This document shows, piece by piece, positions 25,898 to 33,163 of a stretch of DNA of 38,914 nucleotides (position 1 is its first letter; each line of letters opens with the position of its first letter). The stretch is from an uncultured Candidatus Saccharibacteria bacterium (GTDB taxonomy: Bacteria; Patescibacteriota; Minisyncoccia; Minisyncoccales; UBA10102): assembly GCA_964471385.1 (NCBI GenBank), contig CAYYFJ010000001.1:19133-58046 (forward strand). The letters run 5' to 3'. A program made the translations under genes and the position numbers. The notes under the pieces are model-generated. The model was not told where the DNA came from, did not search any database, and was given only the letters and a program-made list of their open reading frames with translations.

Positions 25898-26039
25898 GCT
25901 CGTTTCGTCTATTGTTGTTAATTATGTATAGGACGACACTCTTTTCTCCTTGCTTCTCAAGCGAGCTCGTTGAGAGACTTTGCCTGCTGTTCCCTTGCCC
26001 GCAGGGGGCGGGAAATACAACGAGAAAACCTATGGTGCG

Positions 26040-26068
26040 ACTATACCGCGCCTCGCGCAAAAATGCAA
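26040..26068 (-). promoter_or_regulatory. Sigma70-type promoter for RRM gene 2 (TTGCAT-N17-TATAGT)
   Basis: Minus strand reads TTGCATttttgcgcgaggcgcggTATAGTcg. This predicts a leader of about 135 nt. Confidence 0.5.
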
Positions 26069-26168
26069 GGAACTGCGGAATGGCGGCGCCAGTCAAGAAA
26101 AATTATGCTTCCGGCGCCATCCTTCCATAGGCTCTTAAAATATCAATGCGGTTTTGGGAGCGTTGTCA

Positions 26169-26199
26169 TTGACACTTTTTTCTTGTTTTGTGATATCAT
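26169..26199 (+). promoter_or_regulatory. Candidate promoter TTGACA-N19-(TGa)TATCAT for the 26260 operon
   Basis: ttgacacttttttcttgttttgtgatatcat. It has an extended -10 TG, but the spacer is long. Confidence 0.4.
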
Positions 26200-26259
26200 A
26201 CAGTAATTTACTGATCAGACGTCAATCACTTCATCAACAACACGCATTATACAAACAAT

Positions 26260-26721
26260 ATGGCAGAACAATCCGCATCATCAAACAAAGGATTCCAGCC
26301 AGAGCAAGGACGCGAAGAGTATCATGCGGCAACGGAACGCGTGATTGCAGATTTGAAAGAACGCATCGCAACGCTGGAAGCCGGACAAAAAAAAGAACCA
26401 ATGCCCTCTGCGGCGGGACACAGCGTAGAACAAGTAAAAAAAGTAAAAGAAGAAATACGGGGCTATCTGCACGAACTCCAGCAAACCCCTTCGTTTGCCT
26501 CGCCCGTTGGCGTTCGCGACGACACGCCCGAAATCAGGGTGCTTGAAAAAGACCAGCAAGTCGGCGCCCTCCTCTCGCTTGTATTTGACAAAGGCCTTCC
26601 CCATGCGCTTGCCGTGGCCCGGGCGCTGGATAATCCCGCGCTTATGGACGAATTTCACGACACCCTGATTGACCACTACTACGGACAGCTTCTCCAGACA
26701 GAAGCAATGAAATCGCTCTAA
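26260..26721 (+). CDS. Hypothetical soluble protein (153 aa), coiled N-terminal half
   Basis: Plausible composition. It is 4 nt upstream of the ATPase gene on the same strand. The competing antisense ORF 26281-26820 has junk-like composition. Confidence 0.6.
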   Translation: MAEQSASSNKGFQPEQGREEYHAATERVIADLKERIATLEAGQKKEPMPSAAGHSVEQVKKVKEEIRGYLHELQQTPSFASPVGVRDDTPEIRVLEKDQQVGALLSLVFDKGLPHALAVARALDNPALMDEFHDTLIDHYYGQLLQTEAMKSL

Positions 26722-26725
26722 CGCT

Positions 26726-29203
26726 ATGACAACCATCATACTGCTGGTTTTCTTTTTCGCGATTGCCGGCTTTGCCATTTCCATTGCCGGCTTTGTCTTC
26801 CAAAAAAGAGAAGGCGGCATTCTGAGGCGCGCTCTTCAGCTTGTGCTTTTAAGAGTAACCGTTGCGCAAGCGGCGCAGGAAAAAGAAGTTGCGGTACAAG
26901 ATTATCTCAAGCTCGGAGAGCAGTTTTTTTCTTCGCTGTCTGGCATTCTGGAGCATAACACGATGAAAAAAATTGTCTCGGGCAATCCGTTTTTCGTGTT
27001 TGAAATCGCGGTCCACCGGATCGGAGAAGAAATTCATTTTTACATGGCATGCCCCCGCAATGCGGCAGAACTGATTGAAAAACAAATCTTGAGTTTTTGG
27101 CCGCGCGCGCAGGTTGAAAAAACAGAAGATTACAATATTTTCAATCCGTCCGGATATTCCGCCGGAGCCGTGGCATCTCTGGAGCGTCCCGCGGTGTTTC
27201 CTTTAAAACCGATAGAAGAATTCACGGCAGACCCTTTGGCCGCAATCGCCGGAATTTTCACCAAGCTTGAAAAAGAAGGGGAAGGAGCGGCAATCCAGAT
27301 TCTTGTGAGGCCTTCGGCGCACAGCTTCCGCAAGGTCGGAGAAAAGACAATTGAATTTCTCCAGCAAGGGTCAAATCCCGCGGAAGCCGCGCGTGCGGCG
27401 CATCAAACGTCAGAAACCGCGAAAACAATTTACAGCATCATACAAATGATCGCCAGCGGTCCCCGCACGCCTGAAAAAGACCAGCAGTATGCGACGGCGC
27501 AACATAAGCCGGAACCAAACAATCCTTTGCTTCAGTATCAAATCGCCGCAATCGGGAAAAAAGCGACACAGCCCATTTTTGATTCTTCCGTGCGCATTGT
27601 GGCATCCGCGAAAACCCATCAAAGAGCCGATGAAATTTTGGAGCAGATGAAAAACGCGTTCAGTCAATTTTCCGCGCAGGCCTCAAACCAGTTTTCGTTC
27701 AAAGACGTTGCGGGGAAAAAGCTGAAAAAACTGTTCTACCAGTTCTCATTCCGCGTATTCCCGGACAAAAATATTATGTCGCTTTCATCGGGAGAACTCG
27801 CCGCAATCTTCCATTTCCCTTCTCCGAATCTCATTCAAACGCCGCGCATGAAATGGCTTAAAACAAAACAGTCCCCTCCTCCGGCGAATCTCCCGGACCA
27901 AGGCATTGTGCTTGGAAAAAATATATTCCGGGGCGAAGAACAGTTCGTGCGCATGCTGCCAGACGACCGGGGGCGGCATTTATATGTGGTGGGACAAACG
28001 GGCACGGGAAAATCCGGGTTTCTTCACGAGATGATACGCCAGGATATTGAAGAAGGAAAAGGAGTCGCGCTCATTGATCCGCATGGAGATTTTGCGGAAG
28101 CGATTCTTGGCACAGTGCCCCCCTCAAGAGCCGAGGATGTCATTTATTTCAATCCGGGGGACACGGAACGGCCGCTCGGGCTCAATATGCTTGAATACGA
28201 CCAAAACTTTCCGGAATCCAGAACGCTCGTAGTCAACGAAATCCTTGAAATTTTTGAAAAGCTGTACAACCTGAAAGCAATGGGGTTCGGCGGACCCATG
28301 TTTGAACAATACATGCGCAACGCCCTTTTATTGGTTATGGAAGATCCCGGGAGCGGCAGTACGCTTATTGAAATTCCGCGCGTGTTAGCCGACGTAAATT
28401 TTAGAAAATACAAGCTCGCGCGATGCAACAACATTGTCGTGCGCTCGTTCTGGGAACTGGAAGCGGAGAAAGCGGGAGGAGAAGCCGCGCTTGCAAACAT
28501 GGTGCCGTATATCACCAGCAAAATGAATGTGTTTATTGCAAACGATCTGGTGCGCCCCATCATTGCCCAACAGAATTCCGCCCTGCGCTTCCGGGAACTT
28601 ATGGATGAGGGCAAAATCCTTATTGTCAATCTCGCGAAAGGCATGATCGGAGACACCAACAGCTATCTGCTCGGCATGATCATCGTAGGCAAGCTTCTTA
28701 TCGGAGCGTTCTCAAGGGCAAATATCCCCGACGAAGCGCAAAGAAAAGATTTTTATCTTTACATTGACGAATTCCAGAACGTAACCACCAAAAGCATTGT
28801 CAACGCGCTCTCGGAGGCAAGAAAATACCACCTCAACCTTATCATCGCCCATCAGTTTATCGGACAGCTTGACGAGGATACGAGGAAAGCGATTTTTGGA
28901 AATGTCGGATCAATGTTTGCTCTGCGCGTGGGAGCGGACGACGCAAAATATCTTGCTCCCCAGTTTGCTCCGGTATTTGAGGAAAATGACCTGATGAATT
29001 TTGACAACCGCAACGGCGCGCTCCGCCTGCTCCTGCAAGGAGAAAGCAGTAGGCCGTTCTCGCTTGCCACACTTCCTCTCAAAAAAGGAAATACTGAAAC
29101 CGCGGCAATGCTGAAAAATCTCTCCCGCCTCAAATACGGCAAAAACCGGGATGACGTGGAATCGGAACTTTCCGGGCGCCTGCGCCATTTCCAAAATCCA
29201 TAG
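26726..29203 (+). CDS. VirD4/TraD/TrwB-like (type IV coupling protein-like) P-loop ATPase with N-terminal TM helix and about 400-aa unknown domain
   Basis: Walker A VVGQTGTGKSGFL; ALIDPHGDF; Walker B FYLYIDEFQN; ARKYHLNLIIAHQFIGQL...FGNVGSMFALRVG resembles the TraD/TraG C-terminal module. Confidence 0.78.
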   Translation: MTTIILLVFFFAIAGFAISIAGFVFQKREGGILRRALQLVLLRVTVAQAAQEKEVAVQDYLKLGEQFFSSLSGILEHNTMKKIVSGNPFFVFEIAVHRIGEEIHFYMACPRNAAELIEKQILSFWPRAQVEKTEDYNIFNPSGYSAGAVASLERPAVFPLKPIEEFTADPLAAIAGIFTKLEKEGEGAAIQILVRPSAHSFRKVGEKTIEFLQQGSNPAEAARAAHQTSETAKTIYSIIQMIASGPRTPEKDQQYATAQHKPEPNNPLLQYQIAAIGKKATQPIFDSSVRIVASAKTHQRADEILEQMKNAFSQFSAQASNQFSFKDVAGKKLKKLFYQFSFRVFPDKNIMSLSSGELAAIFHFPSPNLIQTPRMKWLKTKQSPPPANLPDQGIVLGKNIFRGEEQFVRMLPDDRGRHLYVVGQTGTGKSGFLHEMIRQDIEEGKGVALIDPHGDFAEAILGTVPPSRAEDVIYFNPGDTERPLGLNMLEYDQNFPESRTLVVNEILEIFEKLYNLKAMGFGGPMFEQYMRNALLLVMEDPGSGSTLIEIPRVLADVNFRKYKLARCNNIVVRSFWELEAEKAGGEAALANMVPYITSKMNVFIANDLVRPIIAQQNSALRFRELMDEGKILIVNLAKGMIGDTNSYLLGMIIVGKLLIGAFSRANIPDEAQRKDFYLYIDEFQNVTTKSIVNALSEARKYHLNLIIAHQFIGQLDEDTRKAIFGNVGSMFALRVGADDAKYLAPQFAPVFEENDLMNFDNRNGALRLLLQGESSRPFSLATLPLKKGNTETAAMLKNLSRLKYGKNRDDVESELSGRLRHFQNP

Positions 29204-29324
29204 CAAATCAAATGCTCGCGCACATTCGCTTGGCAACGAGTGCAAAACGAATTGATTTTGTTTATGTGCCTTTAGCGCAGCTTACCCAAAAAGTGCAATA
29301 TGTGTGTGGACATTACCACATATA

Positions 29325-29353
29325 TTGACTTTGTTCTCCATTCGTGATATAGT
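29325..29353 (+). promoter_or_regulatory. Near-consensus promoter TTGACT-N17-TATAGT
   Basis: ttgactttgttctccattcgtgatatagt, read directly. It is 40 nt upstream of a small ORF that has a strong SD. Confidence 0.6.
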
Positions 29354-29393
29354 CATATTCACAGCAGACAAAGGAAAGAAGGGGGGTGATAGC

Positions 29394-29474
29394 ATGCCTT
29401 GGGTCGTATGGGTCGCACTGGTTGGGATTTTCGCCGCCGTTGTGGCGGCAATGAAATCGGCCGTAAAAAAATAA
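29394..29474 (+). CDS. Small hydrophobic peptide, 26 aa (MPWVVWVALVGIFAAVVAAMKSAVKK)
   Basis: ATG preceded by aaGGGGGGTGAtagc. It has a single TM-like helix and a basic C-terminus. It is below the ORF-track size cut-off and was found by reading the sequence. Confidence 0.4.
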   Translation: MPWVVWVALVGIFAAVVAAMKSAVKK

Positions 29475-29558
29475 GTTTGCTGGAGCGCATTCCGCCAATG
29501 AAGTGAAAACTGAGGCGGGCTTTTTTTATACAAAATTTTTCAAACCTTCAAACAACGC

Positions 29559-29588
29559 AAATCCCCCGCTGAAGTCTGCGGGGGATTT
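29559..29588 (-). terminator. Hairpin AAATCCCCCGC-8 nt-GCGGGGGATTT, likely terminator of the sigma-factor gene
   Basis: 11-bp stem. On the minus strand it is followed by the T-rich gcgttgtttgaaggtttg. Confidence 0.5.
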
Positions 29589-29727
29589 AATGCGGCGCAT
29601 TCGCCAAAAACCTACTCAAATTCCGAGTTTCCTCTCTTGCGTGATTCCTCATCCTTTCAGCAAGCCGGCACCGCATTGCTTTTGAGGGGAGGTTGTCTTG
29701 GCATAGAGGTGAAAAGAGATGATATGC

Positions 29728-30402
29728 TTACGCCCGACCTTTTTGTTTCTCCGCCCTCTTTTGAGGGGCAGAAGCCGCGCGCTGTCTTTGTTTTTCTTTG
29801 CCCCTTCTGATTGTACTAACGATGAAACCCGGCAAAGGTGTCATTGCTGTGCGCGCCATTGCCGCCAGCCGTTTCCTTGCGCGGGAAAGCATGAGTTTGG
29901 CCGCGTTCACGCTTTTTCCTGTTTGCCGCGCAATTTCTTTCAATGATCGCTCTTCCAGATAAAACGCGGACAAAATTTCACGCTCTTTTGGTTTTAACTT
30001 GCGCATGAATTTTTGCAGAGTTTCAACTTCCATGCGCACGCTTGCTTTTTCATGGATGTCTTCTTTCAAATCAGACGGCTCTTGCGCAAAATACTCAAGC
30101 GACACGATGCTTTTTGACGTGCGGTACGTGTCAATTAAAAGATTCCGCGCCACGCGCAAAAGATAGGTGAGATAGGAAAATCCCCTGTCTTGAAAATGGG
30201 AAAAGCCACGAAAAGCCCGCACAAATGTGTCTTGCGCAAGGTCTTCCGCGGCCTCTTTGCCTTTTCCCAAGCGTCCCGCAATGTACCGAAAGACTCTCTG
30301 GAAATATTGTTCGTACAGCTCGCCAAAATGGTTCGCGTCCTGCTTTGTTTGCTTGACGAGGCTCGCTTTTCTGTTTTCTTGTCGGGCCCGTCTCGCAGAC
30401 AT
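29728..30402 (-). CDS. RNA polymerase sigma-70 family factor, ECF-like (regions 2 and 4), with a basic C-terminal tail of about 45 aa
   Basis: Region 2 context ELYEQYFQRVFRYI...AEDLAQDTFVRAF. Region 4 HTH is ILSAFYLEERSLKEIARQTGKSVNAAKLMLSRARKRL. Confidence 0.8.
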   Translation of the reverse strand: MSARRARQENRKASLVKQTKQDANHFGELYEQYFQRVFRYIAGRLGKGKEAAEDLAQDTFVRAFRGFSHFQDRGFSYLTYLLRVARNLLIDTYRTSKSIVSLEYFAQEPSDLKEDIHEKASVRMEVETLQKFMRKLKPKEREILSAFYLEERSLKEIARQTGKSVNAAKLMLSRARKRLAAMARTAMTPLPGFIVSTIRRGKEKQRQRAASAPQKRAEKQKGRA

Positions 30403-30428
30403 ACTTCTTTAATAAGGTTCCTATGTAA

Positions 30429-30836
30429 TTAATCTATCAGGTTTTGTTCAGCAAGCCACCGCATAATCATAAGTCCGTTTGAAGTCGCGCGCGCTGTGTC
30501 TTTTGAGGTAAACCACGCAATTTCCTCAATTTCAGAAGAAGGTTTCAATTCGCCTTTATGCTCCGCGGCATAGCACGCAGAGCGGAGCAGGGTGCCTGGC
30601 GGTTTTCCGTGCGCTTCTCCTTCAAACACACGCACGAGTTTCATGGTTGCGGCAATAAGATCCACATTCAGCTCCTCTTTTGCTTCGCGTAGTAAAGCCA
30701 AGGCGTCAGACTCTCCCTGTTCTCTTTTGCCCCCGGGCATAAAAAACATATCATTCCCGTAGCTCCGCACAACCAAAAGTTTTCTGTTTTGAATATGAAG
30801 CCAGGCAACCTTGTCAATGACGCTTTGGGAACGCAT
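30429..30836 (-). CDS. NUDIX hydrolase
   Basis: Nudix box GGKREQGESDALALLREAKEELNV (Gx5Ex7REUxEExGU). Confidence 0.88.
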   Translation of the reverse strand: MRSQSVIDKVAWLHIQNRKLLVVRSYGNDMFFMPGGKREQGESDALALLREAKEELNVDLIAATMKLVRVFEGEAHGKPPGTLLRSACYAAEHKGELKPSSEIEEIAWFTSKDTARATSNGLMIMRWLAEQNLID

Positions 30837-30849
30837 AACATGAACAGAG

Positions 30850-31044
30850 TTACAATTGCGAGCCCTGCTTTAAGCCTGTGTATCCAAGAAATCCCGCGGC
30901 TGGCACGGCGAGCCAGCTCAGCCATATCGGAACATCCCATGTTCCGATTGCCGCGTCCCACTGCAGAATAATCCTTGCGAGATGCAATGCGGCAATAACA
31001 GAAAAAATCGCTCCCGCAATCAGCATAAATTGTTTCGCGCTCAT
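30850..31044 (-). CDS. Small two-helix membrane protein (64 aa)
   Basis: ORF 30850-31188 trimmed to the ATG at 31042-31044 (MSAKQFMLIAGAIFSVIAALHL...), because the longer version would read through direct repeat DR1 and its terminator. Confidence 0.5.
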   Translation of the reverse strand: MSAKQFMLIAGAIFSVIAALHLARIILQWDAAIGTWDVPIWLSWLAVPAAGFLGYTGLKQGSQL

Positions 31045-31121
31045 AATATAAGAAGTTATACTATTATTGAAAACTCCTATCCTGTATGTAAGTATACCAC
31101 AAAAAATATCAGGCAAGAAAG

Positions 31122-31165
31122 CAAAGGGCTCCGAATATTCGGAGCCCTTTTCTACGGCATCAGGT
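31122..31165. repeat. 44-bp direct repeat DR1 containing the 28-nt perfect palindrome aaagggctccgaat|attcggagcccttt (bidirectional terminator shape)
   Basis: Identical base for base to 33164-33207. The flanking bases differ (g/g here, t/c there). Confidence 0.95.
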
Positions 31166-31170
31166 GTAAG

Positions 31171-31200
31171 AAAAAACCTCTGCCACAATCGCGGCAGAGG
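31171..31200 (-). terminator. Rho-independent terminator belonging to the cassette
   Basis: Minus strand reads CCTCTGCC-gcgattgt-GGCAGAGG-TTTTTT, starting 4 nt after the TAA at 31204-31206. Confidence 0.75.
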
Positions 31201-31203
31201 GGT

Positions 31204-32445
31204 TTACTTCCGCTTCACGCCAAGAATGACGTAAGGGAAGTAGAAGGGAGAACGGAACGAAAACTTGCGCTCTTCTCCCGGCATGACAAACGTCGTCTGG
31301 CGACAGGCGATGAGTGCACGGCCGGGATAGAGGAGAGGCGAGAGACCAAGCAATAGCGCTCTCTCCCTTGCGTCAGTGGCCGCGAAGAGGGAGTGCGCCG
31401 TTTTGTTCTGGAACACCCCCGCCGCCACATCGAGTGAGACTGTGCCGAGGGCGAAGAGTTTTTCGCCGTGCGGCACAGTGCCCATGTTCCCAAGCCAACC
31501 AGCCAGTATCTCAACTTCTTCTGGCGCGATGGTGAGCTTGGTAACATGCCTGTCTCCCAGGCAGACGGCGATTCGCCGAAGAGCTTCCCGGTAGAGCTCC
31601 AGCATCCCTCCTCCAATCCACTTGGGATGTGGCTCTCCGGCTATAGCGACAGTTCCTCCGCCGTCAGCAAGAGGAAAATTTTTCTTCATGAAGCAGGCGA
31701 GATCCCACTGGATGGACCTCGTCTCGCCCGCCGCCTCTAAGAGGGATTTGGCGGGAATGGCGTGAAGCCGAGCTTTTTCCACAAGCATCCGCAGGTGGAT
31801 AAGCTCGCCGGCAGACAAGCTGCGTCCTTCCGCAGCCGCCCGACTCTTCGTCCCTTCCTGAAACCTCAGGACCTCCTTCCTCAATCTCTCAATGGGAGGC
31901 GGCGCAATCTCCGCCTCGAGGCGAATCGCGAACAGTCGGGCATCGCGGTGTGCAACCTGGAACTCCTCCTGCCGCGATCCCGCAAACTGGGTCGCAACTG
32001 CCTCAAGGAACCACCGCGCCCACGCGTCATACCGGCGAGCGATTTCCTCCGCTCGCGCGACTTCTTCTTCCTTGGAGCGCAGACGTTGCTCCAAGCCACC
32101 GATCCGCAGAGTCAGTTCGGCAACCTGGCTCCGCAAGCTACGCTCCTCACGCCGGACAAAGACGTAACCCTGGCGGAACTCCCGGAGCGCCTCGTCGAAT
32201 CGCGCGCGATTCTTGAGGAGCTCAAGAGCCTTGGAGAACCGTAGAGTGTTCGCGGCAGCTTCGCCACCCCGTAGATCAGGATGAGCCTTTGCCATAAGGT
32301 TCCTGGCAATTTGCCGACAGTGATCGTAGAGATCGCCGTCGGAAAGCCCCAGACCCAAAATCTCCGGGGTGATCCCGATGAGAGCGAGTGGATTTTCCTC
32401 CTCGCCCTCGCCACGCAAGCGGCGGACAAGGTCTCTACCGAGCAT
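31204..32445 (-). CDS. J-domain (DnaJ-like, HPD motif) protein with central coiled coil and uncharacterised C-terminal domain of about 200 aa
   Basis: Residues about 18-95, NPLALIGIT...LYDHCRQIARNLMAKAHPDLRGGEAAANTLRFSKALELLKN...RFDEAL, align to the J-domain helix II-HPD-helix III pattern (compare E. coli DnaJ [33 protein letters not shown]). Residues about 100-150 are an Arg/Glu-rich heptad region. GGAGGAG SD lies 5 nt upstream of the ATG. Confidence 0.7.
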   Translation of the reverse strand: MLGRDLVRRLRGEGEEENPLALIGITPEILGLGLSDGDLYDHCRQIARNLMAKAHPDLRGGEAAANTLRFSKALELLKNRARFDEALREFRQGYVFVRREERSLRSQVAELTLRIGGLEQRLRSKEEEVARAEEIARRYDAWARWFLEAVATQFAGSRQEEFQVAHRDARLFAIRLEAEIAPPPIERLRKEVLRFQEGTKSRAAAEGRSLSAGELIHLRMLVEKARLHAIPAKSLLEAAGETRSIQWDLACFMKKNFPLADGGGTVAIAGEPHPKWIGGGMLELYREALRRIAVCLGDRHVTKLTIAPEEVEILAGWLGNMGTVPHGEKLFALGTVSLDVAAGVFQNKTAHSLFAATDARERALLLGLSPLLYPGRALIACRQTTFVMPGEERKFSFRSPFYFPYVILGVKRK

Positions 32446-32446
32446 C

Positions 32447-33097
32447 TTACTCCTCCCTCAAGGAATATTTATTCAAGAGCTCGATCACATCGTCGAAGTC
32501 GCGGACACAGAACACGCCGCCTCCGCCCTGTGTCGCATGCTCGGCGATATGGCCGAGGATAATCCCCATCCAAGCGGGCAGAGGAAGCCTGCTCCTCACA
32601 CCCGCGCCACGCAGGATCGCGTGAAGGTTGTTCTCCACCATCTCAACGATGTCAACGGCGTGCTCGCCGTATGCCATCGCTAATTTGGTGGCAACACGCA
32701 CGGTCGGAACACTGCGAACGCCGAGCTCCCAGAATCTCTCGAGAAGCTCTAGGGCAATGGCGAGGTAGTCGCCAACTTCCACCATGGTGTTCACGACAAG
32801 GTTTTCTCCGACCACTCGGTCCTCAAGATCCCTTGCCGTGAGCTTCCGTTCGCCAATCAACTCCCGGAAGATCTTCCCGAAAGTCTCCGGCAACGTCGCG
32901 CGCCGCAACCGAAGCGAGAGCGCAACCTCCAAATAGACTTGCTGTTCCAGAGGCGCAGGCAACGCGTCCTGAATCCTCCGGACCAGCGCCTCGGGAGACC
33001 ACTTGAGTCTCCTTGCGAGCGCCGTGACACCCTGTCCATCAACGGACAGGCTTCCGTCGGGATTCCGCGGAACAAGAGCCCTCTTCCCATCAGCCAT
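32447..33097 (-). CDS. Hypothetical protein (216 aa), first gene of the cassette, family not recognised
   Basis: ATG at 33095-33097 preceded by AAGGAGGAG. The stop TAA (32447-32449) is 1 nt from the downstream ATG. The composition is Arg/Ala/Leu/Glu/Val-rich, unlike the neighbouring genes. Confidence 0.7.
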   Translation of the reverse strand: MADGKRALVPRNPDGSLSVDGQGVTALARRLKWSPEALVRRIQDALPAPLEQQVYLEVALSLRLRRATLPETFGKIFRELIGERKLTARDLEDRVVGENLVVNTMVEVGDYLAIALELLERFWELGVRSVPTVRVATKLAMAYGEHAVDIVEMVENNLHAILRGAGVRSRLPLPAWMGIILGHIAEHATQGGGGVFCVRDFDDVIELLNKYSLREE

Positions 33098-33163
33098 CCG
33101 CGTCTCCTCCTTCTTATTCTATGCTAGCACGAGGCTAACACATTAAAATCTATTTGTCAAATT

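Noticed and set aside
26281-26820. 179-aa minus-strand ORF antisense to 26260-26721
   Set aside because: The composition is junk-like (FFFYFFYLFY and Cys/Arg runs). It overlaps the start of the 825-aa ATPase gene. The plus-strand ORF has protein-like composition and operon context.
26726-29203. The VirD4-like ATPase as evidence that the region is an integrative conjugative element
   Set aside because: No relaxase, VirB4, pilin, integrase or oriT-like repeat lies nearby. The flanking genes are ordinary chromosomal functions.
31215-33127. Many overlapping ORFs of 60-160 aa in all frames across the cassette (for example 31762-32244 on the plus strand and 31215-31616 on the minus strand)
   Set aside because: They are Arg/Pro/Ser-rich off-frame products expected where stop codons are scarce, which fits locally elevated GC. 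Only the two long ORFs preceded by an SD are credible. I used the density of these ORFs as supporting evidence for a compositional shift.
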